Source: Chamaesiphon sp.
Lineage (GTDB): Bacteria > Cyanobacteriota > Cyanobacteriia > Cyanobacteriales > Chamaesiphonaceae
Assembly (NCBI GenBank): GCA_965246715.1
Contig: CBDFFH010000044.1
Location: 32,001 to 96,000, forward strand
Length of the DNA stretch: 64,000 nucleotides
Reading direction: 5' to 3'
In this document: positions 20,076 through 30,750 of the stretch, piece by piece
How the letters are laid out: every line of letters starts with the position of its first letter
How positions within the stretch are numbered: the first letter of the stretch is position 1
Notes under the pieces: generated by a model
The model's input: only the letters and a program-made list of their open reading frames with translations
Told to the model about the DNA's origin: nothing
Databases searched by the model: none
Position numbers and translations under genes: made by a program

Positions 20076-20240
20076 CAGGCTTCGATCTCATGATGTCGGT
20101 GATTTTTATCACTCGAATCGCGTCGCAACGGCATAATCGGACACACAACTATTGCTAAAAGTGATACTATCTGCAGCAGGCAATGTCTGGCTCGATCGAG
20201 AAGCATTGCTACTTTTGTGTGAGGAGTTCAACTAAAATTT

Positions 20241-21644
20241 ATGACTGTATCGAATCGCCGGATTAAACCCAGACTAGCGCTGGTGATGGCATTACTAACG
20301 ACGGTAACTGGGCTGATGAGTACCAGTTGTACCGATCCAAAAAATACGACAGGTGGAACTACTGGATCTACGCCGACGACTGGTGGTGATGGCAAAGGAT
20401 TAAAAATTGGCTCGCTGCTATCGGCGACTGGAGATACCGCATCGATCGCGCAAATCTTACCCACAGCGGTTAAAATGGCTGTCGATACCGTCAATAGTTG
20501 CGGTGGCGTAAATGGCGAACCCGTGACATTAATCTCGGAAGACGATCAAAGCGAGCCGAGCGCGGGTGCGTCCGCGATGACAAAATTGGTGTCGATCGAT
20601 AAAGTTTCGGGAGTCGTTGGTTCCTTCGGGAGTAGTATTTCTACCGCTGCGGCGGACATCGCTGTCAAAAACAAGGTGATGATTATTTCTCCTGGTAGTA
20701 CCAGCCCCGCATTTACCGAAAGAGCCAAACAGGGTGTCTATCAGGGTTATTGGGCGCGGACTGCGCCGCCAGATACTTACCAAGCTCAAGCGATGGCGCA
20801 ACTAGCAATTAAGAAAGGGTTTAAAAGAGTAGCCACGATCGCGATTAATAATGACTATGGCGTAGGTTTTGAAAAGGAATTTGTCAGCTCCTTCAAAAAA
20901 CTAGGCGGGACGATCGTTAACGAAGCCAAACCCACGCGTTATGATGCCAAAGGTGCGAGTTTTGAATCCGAAGTCAAAGAAGCTCTCAAAGATAAACCTC
21001 AAGCGCTCGCGGCGCTGGTTTATCCCGAAAGCGGTTCGATCTTGCTTAAAGATGCCTATCAGCAGGGTTTGAGCAAAGGGGTCACGATTATGCTGCCCGA
21101 TGGAGCTTACTCACCCAGCTTCCCGCAACAGGTCGGAAAAACTGCCGATGGCAAATTTATCCTTGAAGGAGCGATCGGCACGGTTCCTGGAGCACATGGC
21201 AAGGCTTTAGAGGACTTTAATAAAAAGTGGACGGCAACTGGCAAACCACTCACTGCCTATCTTCAACATTCTTGGGATGCGGCAGCATTATTGATGCTGG
21301 CAGCTCAGGCAGCTAAAACCAATACTGGGGAAGGGATCCAAAGTAAAGTGCGGGAAGTCGCGGGTGGCCCTGGCGAGGAAGTTTCGGATGTGTGTCAGGC
21401 GCTGACGTTGCTCAAAGCTGGGAAAAAAATTAACTACCAAGGTGCCAGCGGTAATGTCGATATCGATGCGCTAGGTGATGTCCTGGGGACTTACGATATT
21501 TGGCAGGTGCAAGCTGATGGTACGCTCAAAACAATCGATAAAGTCGATATTGCTAGTACCAGTCAACCTGCCAAGGCAGCTCCGACTAAAGCGGACGCAA
21601 AATCCGAGCCAAAACCTACCACTGCACCGGCAAAACCAAATTAG
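20241..21644 (+). CDS. Amino-acid ABC substrate-binding lipoprotein (NatB/LivJ-like)
   Basis: Lipobox-like Cys; GGVNGEPV, RTAPPD and INYQGASG motifs; Pro/Ala/Lys-rich tail. Confidence 0.85.
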   Translation: MTVSNRRIKPRLALVMALLTTVTGLMSTSCTDPKNTTGGTTGSTPTTGGDGKGLKIGSLLSATGDTASIAQILPTAVKMAVDTVNSCGGVNGEPVTLISEDDQSEPSAGASAMTKLVSIDKVSGVVGSFGSSISTAAADIAVKNKVMIISPGSTSPAFTERAKQGVYQGYWARTAPPDTYQAQAMAQLAIKKGFKRVATIAINNDYGVGFEKEFVSSFKKLGGTIVNEAKPTRYDAKGASFESEVKEALKDKPQALAALVYPESGSILLKDAYQQGLSKGVTIMLPDGAYSPSFPQQVGKTADGKFILEGAIGTVPGAHGKALEDFNKKWTATGKPLTAYLQHSWDAAALLMLAAQAAKTNTGEGIQSKVREVAGGPGEEVSDVCQALTLLKAGKKINYQGASGNVDIDALGDVLGTYDIWQVQADGTLKTIDKVDIASTSQPAKAAPTKADAKSEPKPTTAPAKPN

Positions 21645-21748
21645 GTAAGATCGGGGTAAGCTGTCCGACATCTAAATCGAGTTATCGCTGATGATTTTAG
21701 TGGTTAGTTATCGAATACTCAGTTTGAATGCACATCAGCTTATCCACC

Positions 21749-21800
21749 AGCGGCATTTTTATTCGGGGGTTCCCCCCGAATAAAAAAACGACAAGACAGC
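21749..21800. repeat. 52-bp dispersed hairpin repeat (copy of 6659-6710)
   Basis: AGCGGCRTTTTTATTCGGGGGTTCCCCYCGAATAAAAAAACGACAAGACAGC; 2 mismatches between copies. Confidence 0.85.
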
Positions 21801-21840
21801 GGCACCCCGATGATTCGTGTTATTTATTCCCACCTTCTAA

Positions 21841-22464
21841 ATGATTTCTTACCTCAAAGGCACCGCTGTTGAGATTTTGACTCCGCCTAACAACCGGACG
21901 ATCTTGATCTTGGAAGTAAATGGGGTCGGTTATGAATTACAAGTGCCCCAACGCACGATCGCAGCGATAGTCCCGAACGCCGAAATTCAGATTTTTACCC
22001 ATCAACAAATGCGTGAAGAACAAATCGCGATTTATGGGTTTAGTAGTGCCGCCGAGCGCGATTTATTTCGACAATTAATTAGTGTCAGTGGGGTAGGCGC
22101 GAGTTTGGCGATCGCGTTATTGGATAAACTCGGATTGGTAGATACCGTCCAGGCGATTGTCACGAGTAATATTCAACGACTATCCACCGCCCCAGGAGTA
22201 GGTAAAAAAACTGCCGAACGTCTAGCGCTCGAACTGCGGGGCAAACTCGGACAATGGCGCATCGCATCTGGATTGTCCGCAGACTTACCACTTACAAGCT
22301 TGAATCAAACTATGCAAGCTGAAGTAGAAATGACCATGTTAGCTTTGGGCTATACAAATGACGAAATTCATCAGGCTTTACAAGCGATCGGTCGAGATAG
22401 TTTGATGGTAAAAAGTCAAAACATTGAAGACTGGCTGCGGCTAGCGATCGCAAGTATCGAATAG
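21841..22464 (+). CDS. ruvA: Holliday junction branch migration protein RuvA
   Basis: EVNGVGYEL, LISVSGVG and PGVGKKTAERLALEL motifs. Confidence 0.95.
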   Translation: MISYLKGTAVEILTPPNNRTILILEVNGVGYELQVPQRTIAAIVPNAEIQIFTHQQMREEQIAIYGFSSAAERDLFRQLISVSGVGASLAIALLDKLGLVDTVQAIVTSNIQRLSTAPGVGKKTAERLALELRGKLGQWRIASGLSADLPLTSLNQTMQAEVEMTMLALGYTNDEIHQALQAIGRDSLMVKSQNIEDWLRLAIASIE

Positions 22465-22798
22465 ACTCTGCGGTTATAAGTCGCTGGAGTTATGGTATGG
22501 TTATGAGTGAATTTAACTGTTTTTGTTAGCATCGGTACTAGCACAATCTTATCGATCGGCTTGCCGTCTGTCTGATTGCAATTATTCGGCTAGCCCTGTA
22601 GTTGGCTTGTCGAGCAATAGACCAGTAGCTTTTTACTGCGGGTTTCCCGATAAGCGCCTACCGCTGCGACAGCAATTGTTAAATCTCTACTCCTACAGAT
22701 TGGCAACCATCGCACGATAATGTATTTGGTAAGATCGTGAGATAACTGATTGCGATTGCAGTCGCTCAACCATTCATAATTCATAATTCATAATTCTC

Positions 22799-23362
22799 AT
22801 GCCTTCATCACCCCAGTCCGAAGATTTTGATGATGCCGAGTTAGTTACGCTGACCGATGAAACTGGGCGCAAACTTCCCTGTTACATCGAGCGCGAACTC
22901 GAACTTGACGGTAAAACTTACTTGCTATTATTGCCAGTAGATGCACCGATTGAAATCTTTGCTTGGAATGAAGATGATGAAGTCGCCGAGCTAGTTCCAG
23001 TCGAAGAAGATGAAGAGATCGAGCGGATCTTTGCCGACGCTCATGCCGTGCTATCCGAGCAAAATCTCGCACTCAAACGGACTGCTTTTACACTGAGTGC
23101 GGTTGGTGAATTGCCGCCACTCGATCCGACAGAAGTCGTCACGATCGAACTCGATGAAGCAGACGACCAATTAGAGCCAGAAGAATTTCAAATTCTCGCT
23201 CGTTTTTATAACGAAGAACAAGAATATGCGATTTGTACTCCGGTCGATCCATTACTATTTTTCGGTAAAACCGACGATAACGATCTGGTAACGCTATTAT
23301 CTGAAAAGGAAGCCGAACAACTCCAACCACTGCTTGAAGATATGTTATTAGATGAAATCTAA
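22799..23362 (+). CDS. DUF3727/DUF1292-like acidic cyanobacterial protein
   Basis: LTDETGRKLPCYIE...LLLPVDAP; typical position upstream of mltG. Confidence 0.75.
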   Translation: MPSSPQSEDFDDAELVTLTDETGRKLPCYIERELELDGKTYLLLLPVDAPIEIFAWNEDDEVAELVPVEEDEEIERIFADAHAVLSEQNLALKRTAFTLSAVGELPPLDPTEVVTIELDEADDQLEPEEFQILARFYNEEQEYAICTPVDPLLFFGKTDDNDLVTLLSEKEAEQLQPLLEDMLLDEI

Positions 23363-24440
23363 CACTAACAAATCACGATCGCAACACCGCAAAACTGCTC
23401 CCAAGTGGTTGTTTATCATCGCCCCGATCGCTTTGCTATCAGCCGCAGGTGGCATTGGGGCAGCTTGGTGGAATGGGATTTCTGCCCCAGCCTCGACCGA
23501 CCCCAATGCCAAAACAATCCAAATTCAAGTCAAATCGGGTACCTCCGCTCAAGCTATCGGTCAGGAATTAGAAGCAAAAGGCGCAATTAAGTCCCAACTT
23601 GCGTGGAAACTGTTGACGGCTTGGCAATCAAAACAAGGCAAAGGGGCACCACAAAAAGGGACGTACGAGGTATCTCCCAATCAGCCATTGTCTGTAGTTG
23701 CCGCCCAAATTTCCGAAGGTAAAGTCATCCAATCTGGGTTTGTGATCCGCGAAGGCTGGAGGATCGAGCAGATGGGTGAATACTTTGAAAAGCAAGGGAT
23801 GTTTAAAGCGGCTGATTTTGTTGCCGCCACCAAGGAAATTCCCAAGGATAAATTTCCCTGGTTGCCCGATGGATTAACGCATCTAGAAGGATTTCTCTAT
23901 CCCGAAACCTATAAAGTACCCACCGAGACGATTACCCCTAAAGGTGTGGTGACGCAAATGCTCAAGCAGTTCGAGCAGGTAGCATTACCAGAATATAACA
24001 AGGTCGCCGATCCCCAGAAATTAAGCCTGTTGAAATGGGTGAGTTTGGCAAGTGTCGTCGAAAAAGAAGCGGTCATCCCGGCCGAGCGACCGAAAATTGC
24101 TGGGGTATTTATGACGCGATTGGCAAAAAACATGCCATTAGGTTCCGATCCAACAGTGGAATATGGGCTGGGGATCAAACAAACTGCCGATCGACCGCTA
24201 ACTTTTGCGGAAGTCAAACGGCCAAACCCCTATAATACCTATATCAATCCTGGAATTCCGCCGGGGCCGATCTCTAGTCCCAGCATCGGTAGCTTAAAAG
24301 CGGTGCTCCAACCAGATAGTACCGATCTACTGTATTTTGTGGCTAAATATGATGGGACGCATGTATTTAGCAAGACGCTATCGGAACATGTCGCTGCAAC
24401 TAATGCTATTCGTCAGCAACGTCAAGCTGGCAAAAAATAA
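23352..24440 (+). CDS. mltG: Endolytic transglycosylase MltG (YceG)
   Basis: LEGFLYPETY, LASVVEKE, SDPTVEY and PYNTY...GIPPGPI motifs. Confidence 0.95.
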   Translation: MKSNTNKSRSQHRKTAPKWLFIIAPIALLSAAGGIGAAWWNGISAPASTDPNAKTIQIQVKSGTSAQAIGQELEAKGAIKSQLAWKLLTAWQSKQGKGAPQKGTYEVSPNQPLSVVAAQISEGKVIQSGFVIREGWRIEQMGEYFEKQGMFKAADFVAATKEIPKDKFPWLPDGLTHLEGFLYPETYKVPTETITPKGVVTQMLKQFEQVALPEYNKVADPQKLSLLKWVSLASVVEKEAVIPAERPKIAGVFMTRLAKNMPLGSDPTVEYGLGIKQTADRPLTFAEVKRPNPYNTYINPGIPPGPISSPSIGSLKAVLQPDSTDLLYFVAKYDGTHVFSKTLSEHVAATNAIRQQRQAGKK

Positions 24441-24578
24441 TCGCTCGCACCCGTTCCCCGATCGCTAGCTGCTCCATCGATAATTATTTCTATGGGGTTA
24501 GCTCCGCGCCAACAATTCACCAAAGATAATAGGTACTCTGTTGCTAGGGTGAATTATAAAGTTTAGATGATTTGAAAT

Positions 24579-25106
24579 ATGGCACTATTTCCGTTGTTAC
24601 AACCCGATTTGGTATTGGGTAGTTCTATTTTGGCTTTGACTCCCGAACTCCTTGTCAAACATCAGATTGAAGGGATGGTTTTGGATGTAGACGATACGAT
24701 CGTTCCGATCGGGTGTAGCATGGCGGAGCCAGCATTGATGATGTGGATCGAGCAGATCAAACAATTGATACCACTTTGGTTGGTGACCAATAATCCCAAT
24801 CAAGTTAGGATTGGGGCGATCGCGGATAGCTTATCAGTACCATATTTTTTAAGTGCGGCAAAACCCTCCCGCCGCAAATTGCGCCAAGCAGTTGAAGCGA
24901 TGAAAATCGAACCCGCACGCGTAGCGATGGTCGGCGATCGGGTATTTACAGATGTCTTGGCAGGCAATCGGCTGGGAATGTTTACGATCCTGATCGAACC
25001 GATCGTCAGCGAAAATTCGACTGTTGGATTCGACCTATTACGGCAGGCTGAATTTGCGATCGCGAGATTATCGGGTGTCTCTTTGACTGCATCGCCTAGA
25101 AGCTAG
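24579..25106 (+). CDS. YqeG-family HAD IIIA phosphatase
   Basis: LDVDDTIV, TNN, AAKP and VGDRVFTDVLAGNRLG motifs. Confidence 0.9.
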   Translation: MALFPLLQPDLVLGSSILALTPELLVKHQIEGMVLDVDDTIVPIGCSMAEPALMMWIEQIKQLIPLWLVTNNPNQVRIGAIADSLSVPYFLSAAKPSRRKLRQAVEAMKIEPARVAMVGDRVFTDVLAGNRLGMFTILIEPIVSENSTVGFDLLRQAEFAIARLSGVSLTASPRS

Positions 25107-25125
25107 TAGTTTATTCTTCACAGCC

Positions 25126-25221
25126 TGCATTAAAACAAAGTTACTAGTGGCTAGTGGCTAGTGGCTAGTACTCAGGAGTATGTTTTGTGGTGATTTAACC
25201 AGTTTTTATGTACTGTTGCAA
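25126..25221. repeat. Uninterrupted copy of the dispersed repeat with TAGTGGC heptamers
   Basis: Reverse complement matches the two halves at 11016-11050 and 12190-12260. Confidence 0.8.
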
Positions 25222-25661
25222 GATAGAAGATTACCGATATCCGAGCGACGATCGGCTGGAAATGTTGGTAAAACTCCGTGCTAACAACTCGATCGCCAGC
25301 TTCGCACTGCGTTCGGATATTGAGTTAGCGATCGCTAGCCGATCGAGTGACGATCCGCTCGTAGAAAAATAAATCTTAATATCTTAGAATAAATCTTGAC
25401 CAAATCGAAATATAAATAAATCATTAAGAAACTGGGGATCGCTAAAAAGATCTGTCATCATTAATACATATCAAATGGAGCCAGCTCATATAAAGGCTCT
25501 AAACATAATATAAAATACTAAACCTTCAGAGCGTTAGCTGCCACCTCAGGCAGTTGGCGCTCTGAAAAATTTTAAGGGGAGATAGTTATCTATTATTATT
25601 TAGTATTCCCACTCCATCGCCGAAAGCATCGATCCCTTGCACTTGCGCCCCGATCCCCATC

Positions 25662-26768
25662 ATGTCTCAGACCCTAGTCATTAAAGTTGGTACGTCGAGT
25701 CTCACCCGTGGCGATGGCAGACTAGCTTTATCAGCGATCGCCGCATTGGTTGAGACGATTGTCGATTTACGCGATCGCGGTTATCAAATTATATTGGTAT
25801 CTTCTGGTGCGGTTGGAGTTGGCGCAGCTCGACTCGGGATGACCGAAAGACCTAAAACGATCGCCCTCAAGCAAGCAGCAGCGGCAGTAGGACAAGGCAT
25901 CATCATGCGGGTATATGACGATCTATTTCGCGAACACCAGCAGCCAGTGGCCCAAATACTGCTGACGCGGAGCGATCTCGACCGGCGGAGTAGTTATATT
26001 AATGCTTACAATACCTTCAACGAGCTATTGCGATTGGGCGTAATGCCGATCGTCAACGAAAATGATACGGTGGCGGTAGACGAGCTAAAATTTGGCGATA
26101 ACGATACGCTCTCGGCACGGGTAGCTAGCACGATCGATGCCGACTGGTTATTTTTGCTCACAGATGTCGATCGATTGTACTCTGCAGATCCACGCAAGTT
26201 TCCCGATGCCCAACCGATCGTTCAAATCGATCGCTTAGAAGATTTAGCCGCGCTGCAAATCCAAACTGGCGGCAAAGGTTCGCAATGGGGAACGGGTGGC
26301 ATGGTAACGAAAATAGCTGCCGCACAGATTGCAACGAGCGCGGGAGTCAGAACCGCAATTACCCACGGGCAATTTCCGCAGAATATCCTGCGAATTTTGC
26401 AAGGCGAACCATTAGGAACGCAATTTACACCGCAATTACGTGCAGACAGTGCGCGAAAGCGCTGGATTGCGCATGGATTGGTACCAGTGGGGAAGGTTTA
26501 TCTCGATCCTGGCGCGGTACGGGCAATTTTAACCGACGGGAAATCTTTATTACCAGCCGGAATTACCCAGATTGAGGGTGACTTTGAGGCGACAGATGCC
26601 GTGCAATTATGCGACGATCTCGGCCGAGAGATTGCCAAGGGGATTGTTAACTATAGTAGTATAGAGCTAGTTCGCATCCACGGACATCGATCGAGTGACA
26701 TCGCCGAATTACTCGGTTACATCGGCGAAGATACGGTCGTCCATCGAGACAATCTAGTATTGAGTTAG
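25662..26768 (+). CDS. proB: Glutamate 5-kinase
   Basis: [25 protein letters not shown] and GTGGMVTK motifs; C-terminal PUA domain. Confidence 0.96.
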   Translation: MSQTLVIKVGTSSLTRGDGRLALSAIAALVETIVDLRDRGYQIILVSSGAVGVGAARLGMTERPKTIALKQAAAAVGQGIIMRVYDDLFREHQQPVAQILLTRSDLDRRSSYINAYNTFNELLRLGVMPIVNENDTVAVDELKFGDNDTLSARVASTIDADWLFLLTDVDRLYSADPRKFPDAQPIVQIDRLEDLAALQIQTGGKGSQWGTGGMVTKIAAAQIATSAGVRTAITHGQFPQNILRILQGEPLGTQFTPQLRADSARKRWIAHGLVPVGKVYLDPGAVRAILTDGKSLLPAGITQIEGDFEATDAVQLCDDLGREIAKGIVNYSSIELVRIHGHRSSDIAELLGYIGEDTVVHRDNLVLS

Positions 26769-26897
26769 CAATCGATCGCCCCACCCTGTTGTGTAACGCT
26801 AGCAGCCTGATGGCGATCGTGATTTGGAGAGTAGCGAACAATCGGAATACATTTGTCAAAAAGACGCGCTCTAGATTTTGACGATCTAAGGATAATT

Positions 26898-26987
26898 CGG
26901 CGTTGCTGAATTCAGGGATGATTTATTTTAGAGCCAAACCCTAAAATTTAGGGTAGGGGCAACTCATACCGCAATTGAGCAATCCCG
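26898..26987. mobile_element. 90-bp MITE-like element
   Basis: Imperfect TIRs CGGCGTTGCTGAATT / AATTGAGCAATCCCG flanked by 6-bp direct repeat ATAATT. Confidence 0.65.
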
Positions 26988-27007
26988 ATAATTCTTGGTA
27001 AATATTG

Positions 27008-27565
27008 TTATCGTTCCTCTTTTCTAAACTCTGATGGACTCATCCGTAGTGGTCGATCGGGATTCCAAATGCCGCGCCCCATCAGCCGTGCGTATTGACT
27101 GCCACGACTGAACCGTTCGCGATATTTGGCACCATTGGGGGCAGTAGTAGTCGCACTCGCCGATCGCATATTTGGCAGTACATAGCCATCTTTGAGTAAT
27201 TGTTCGTTCAGCAATCGACCATCTTTCCAGAGATAGACAAATTTACGCCCGAATTTATCCGCATCCGTCTCTTCTAATTCGACGCTCACGGTCTCTTTGT
27301 CAGTTGTGCCGATTAGTTCCTCCAATCGTTGTTTCGCCTGCTTGCCCCAAGGCTCTTGAGCCAGATCTGGGGCATCGATACCGATCAAGCGTCCTTGTTG
27401 AATTATTGGAGGCTGTTGCGATCGATCGATCCACTCGATCGAGTGTCCGCTGATTACCCGACTAATCTTTACTGTTGGATAGTTAGGTGGCGTTGACTGG
27501 CAGCCAGTTAGCAATAATAATGCAGTGGAGATCGTGCAAAACTGAAGTCTCAGACAGAAATTCAT
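27008..27565 (-). CDS. Thermonuclease (SNase)-family lipoprotein
   Basis: LTGC lipobox; RLIGIDAP, DKFGR and GRGIW motifs. Confidence 0.85.
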   Translation of the reverse strand: MNFCLRLQFCTISTALLLLTGCQSTPPNYPTVKISRVISGHSIEWIDRSQQPPIIQQGRLIGIDAPDLAQEPWGKQAKQRLEELIGTTDKETVSVELEETDADKFGRKFVYLWKDGRLLNEQLLKDGYVLPNMRSASATTTAPNGAKYRERFSRGSQYARLMGRGIWNPDRPLRMSPSEFRKEER

Positions 27566-27573
27566 AATTATAT

Positions 27574-27939
27574 TTATTCTTCGATCGGCAGTCCGTGTTT
27601 AATTTTGCCCTTCGCAAAGTAACGTCCGAACTGAAGTTCGTAGACTTCATCTTCATCCTGAGTTTCGACTTCTAAGTCGGAACATGCATAGCTGACACAC
27701 AGCAATGCATAACCTTGACTTTGTAATTGCGGCGATAATCCCATTGCTTCTGGCTGTTCCAAGTGTCCCGATTTGACCCGGACGGCACAAGCAGTACAGG
27801 CACCATTGCGGCAGGAAAAGGGCAGTTTCAAGCCTTGAGCTTCGACACTAGGAAGGATATATCGATCGTTCGGAACGCTTGCTTGATGATAGGTATCGGT
27901 TTGGCGATCGTAGATTTTGATTTGATAGTGGGGAGTCAT
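27574..27939 (-). CDS. fed2: 2Fe-2S ferredoxin with C-terminal extension (Fed2/FdC2 type)
   Basis: CRNGACTAC...LLC cluster motif and DEDEVYELQFG tail. Confidence 0.85.
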   Translation of the reverse strand: MTPHYQIKIYDRQTDTYHQASVPNDRYILPSVEAQGLKLPFSCRNGACTACAVRVKSGHLEQPEAMGLSPQLQSQGYALLCVSYACSDLEVETQDEDEVYELQFGRYFAKGKIKHGLPIEE

Positions 27940-28161
27940 GAATAGTGGCTAGTGGCTAGTGAGTGTGACTGATAGCGAGAAAGGATATCCAGCTGGATAT
28001 CTTTTTGAATGAGAAGGGGTAAGAGCTATTTTAATTCTGAATTTGTCCGACCGCTCTTAAACTTCAAACCCTAGCCACTAGTCACTACTTATTATCAGTT
28101 GACAGTTGGTAAAAGTCTAGGTTATGCTAGTTAAGCGGTAAAATTTACCCAAGCTTGTCTT

Positions 28162-28246
28162 GGAGAAGTGGCCGAGTGGTCGAAGGCGCAGCACTGGAAA
28201 TGCTGTGTAGGGCAACTTACCGTGGGTTCGAATCCCACCTTCTCCG
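28162..28246 (+). tRNA. trnS: tRNA-Ser(GGA)
   Basis: Acceptor GGAGAAG/CTTCTCC; anticodon arm CAGCA-CTGGAAA-TGCTG; long variable arm; GGTTCGAATCC; CCA not encoded. Confidence 0.96.
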
Positions 28247-28260
28247 TTATAAAGCAAAAT

Positions 28261-28296
28261 AAGCTCCACTCTCATTGTAGAATGGGGCTTGTTTTT
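28261..28296 (+). terminator. Putative terminator after tRNA-Ser
   Basis: AAGCTCCA...TGGGGCTT stem followed by GTTTTT. Confidence 0.6.
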
Positions 28297-28480
28297 GTCG
28301 ATTTTTAATATTTTTAATTATTCTTGGTTGTTCATTTGCTCGTGTTCTCGATCTAACCGAAGCACAAATTTCGACGCTCTTTGACTATAACGATCGACCG
28401 GATTTATCATTGCGATTTTCTTGCCCAGTTGTTAACAATTGTGGATTAGCCTGTACAGTAGCGTTAAAATAACAGCTACG

Positions 28481-29152
28481 ATGCCAAAATTACTTCCCAC
28501 CAAAGTTACTAAATTTAGCCTTTCACTCAGTTTTGTTGTCTTGCTGGGTTGTCTGTGTTTACTCGCCTTATTTGGCTGGCTCAGTCAAGAAATATTAGAG
28601 AAAGAGGTATTTAGCTTCGACACGACAATTTTATGGTGGTTGCATCGACATAGTAATGCCACGATCGATAATATGATGCTAGGTATCACCAATCTCGGCA
28701 ATCCAGAATTTGTCGTAGTATTGGTAACGATTTGTTTTAGCTTATTACTCTGGTATAAAAGGTATTGGGCTGCTCAAATTTTGTTTTTGACCTGTTTGGG
28801 TGCGGTGATTCTCAATCAAGGCTTAAAGCTCGTGTTTGTGCGACCTCGACCGCAATTATGGCCGCACCTAATCGTCGAGCATACTTATAGCTATCCGAGC
28901 GGTCATGCACTGGGTTCGGCGGTCTTGTATGGGTTTCTGGCTGTTTTGTTAGCGCGTGAGTATCCACGTTACCGGATGGGGATTTATAGTATTGCCATCT
29001 TACTTGTAGCAGCGATCGGGTTGAGTCGGTTATTCTTGGGCGTTCACTACCCTACCGATATCATTGCCGGGTATGCGGTGGGGATACCTTGGCTGAGTGC
29101 CTGCATCAAACTTTTGCAAATCGGCTCCAACAGAGAACTTGAGGATCGATGA
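28481..29152 (+). CDS. PAP2-family membrane phosphatase
   Basis: K...RPRP, YPSGH and SRLFLGVHYPTD motifs. Confidence 0.92.
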   Translation: MPKLLPTKVTKFSLSLSFVVLLGCLCLLALFGWLSQEILEKEVFSFDTTILWWLHRHSNATIDNMMLGITNLGNPEFVVVLVTICFSLLLWYKRYWAAQILFLTCLGAVILNQGLKLVFVRPRPQLWPHLIVEHTYSYPSGHALGSAVLYGFLAVLLAREYPRYRMGIYSIAILLVAAIGLSRLFLGVHYPTDIIAGYAVGIPWLSACIKLLQIGSNRELEDR

Positions 29153-30129
29153 CGATTATTTTATATTGGGGTGATGATGATTTTGCGATCGCCAAAGCTG
29201 TGACAGCAATTCAACAATCATCGCTCGATCCGGCTTGGGCGAGTTTTAACTATGAAAAGATCGCTCCAGAGCGGGATGATGCTGTCATTACGGCATTAAA
29301 TCAGGCGATGACACCCCCATTCGGAATGGGGAAAAGATTGGTATGGCTGGCAGATACGACCGTGATGCAAAGCTGTCCGGAGGAGTTGCTGGCCGAGTTG
29401 GAGCGGACATTACCGCAGATTCCCGCGACTACCATGCTCTTGCTCACGAGTAAAACTAAACCTGATGGCCGCTTGAAATCGACGAAGACGATTCAAAAAT
29501 ATGCCAACGTCCAAGAATTTAGCCTCATTCCACCTTGGAAGACTGAAGAATTGAGCCAGCGGGTACAGATTGTTGCGAAAGAATTGGGGCTAAAATTAAC
29601 TAAAGATGCCGTTCAACTGCTGACCGAATCAGTTGGGAATAATACTCGGCAACTATATCTAGAACTAGAAAAACTAGATCTACTTGCTGGGGGACAAGGG
29701 CAAGAGATCGATCGACTGATGGTGGCAAGTCTTGTTATTGCCAATACTCAAAATAGTCTCCAACTAGCTGCGGCGATTCGTGAGGGGGATGTCGGTAAGG
29801 CTTTGCAGACGATCGAAGAATTAATAAACCATAACGAACCAGCACTAAAGATCGTGGCTACGCTCGTGGGTCAGTTTCGGACGTGGCTATGGGTGAAAAT
29901 GTTACTCGAAGCTGGCGAAAAAGACGAAAAGGTCATTGCCACCGCCGCCGGACTCAGCAATCCCAAACGCCTGTTTTTTATCAAACAAGAGCTACACGGT
30001 ACTACCGCCGATCGACTGGCGGCAACGCTACCCAGATTACTCGATTTGGAATATAGCCTCAAGCGTGGTGGCGAGACTATCTCTACGCTGCAAATCCATG
30101 CGATCGAATTGTGTCAGATATTTAAATAG
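29149..30129 (+). CDS. holA: DNA polymerase III delta subunit
   Basis: YWGDDDF, TPPFGMGKRLV and ELEKL; cyanobacterial HolA pattern. Confidence 0.92.
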   Translation: MTIILYWGDDDFAIAKAVTAIQQSSLDPAWASFNYEKIAPERDDAVITALNQAMTPPFGMGKRLVWLADTTVMQSCPEELLAELERTLPQIPATTMLLLTSKTKPDGRLKSTKTIQKYANVQEFSLIPPWKTEELSQRVQIVAKELGLKLTKDAVQLLTESVGNNTRQLYLELEKLDLLAGGQGQEIDRLMVASLVIANTQNSLQLAAAIREGDVGKALQTIEELINHNEPALKIVATLVGQFRTWLWVKMLLEAGEKDEKVIATAAGLSNPKRLFFIKQELHGTTADRLAATLPRLLDLEYSLKRGGETISTLQIHAIELCQIFK

Positions 30130-30142
30130 GCTCAAACATTGG

Positions 30143-30180
30143 AATTGCCAGGTAGTTGACAAATACTACTCTGGCAATTT
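30143..30180. terminator. Hairpin between convergent holA and DUF4870 gene
   Basis: AATTGCCAG...CTGGCAATT inverted repeat. Confidence 0.5.
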
Positions 30181-30185
30181 AAACC

Positions 30186-30563
30186 TTATAATAATCTCCA
30201 AATAAAGGGATAACGGTAAGATTCATCGGGATTATTTAAAGTCGCTAAAACTCCAAAAATTGGCGGTACCCAGTGAAAAATAGAGAATATTCCGAGGACA
30301 ACAAAAGCTAATGGAGAGAGGATGAACGTAGCAAAAAAGAACGAACTCAATCCAGCCGTAATTGCTCCATACAGCCAAATATTAAAGTGATAATTGAGCG
30401 TTTCCTTGGCAGTCGCTTTAATCACTGGATCGTCAAAAAGTAGCAGTATAATAAATGGAATTGCGGAAGGGAAAACCAGGAAACCTAAAAAAATCGAACC
30501 GTGGCACAACAAAGAAAATAGTTTCCGTTTGCCACTATTACTACGATCGCCAGAATCAACCAT
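30186..30563 (-). CDS. DUF4870-family membrane protein
   Basis: LLCHG, AKETLNYHFN and YRYPFIWRLL motifs. Confidence 0.8.
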   Translation of the reverse strand: MVDSGDRSNSGKRKLFSLLCHGSIFLGFLVFPSAIPFIILLLFDDPVIKATAKETLNYHFNIWLYGAITAGLSSFFFATFILSPLAFVVLGIFSIFHWVPPIFGVLATLNNPDESYRYPFIWRLL

Positions 30564-30750
30564 TTCAAATCCTCTTTTAATCTAGAATAAAATCTATTTG
30601 TAATAACTCTAGCATAGCTTACAGCTCGATCGTAGTACGTTTTTCCTGGGTGGAAATCCGCAACCTGGCGAACACGAAACATTCTCGCCGATCGAACTTC
30701 TATACAATTAGAGCTAGTCAACCTTCAGATCTCTTCACACGCATCTCGAC

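Noticed and set aside
28162..28300. tRNA-Ser as an integration site for an island
   Set aside because: No integrase and no duplicated tRNA 3' end seen; the flanking genes are housekeeping.
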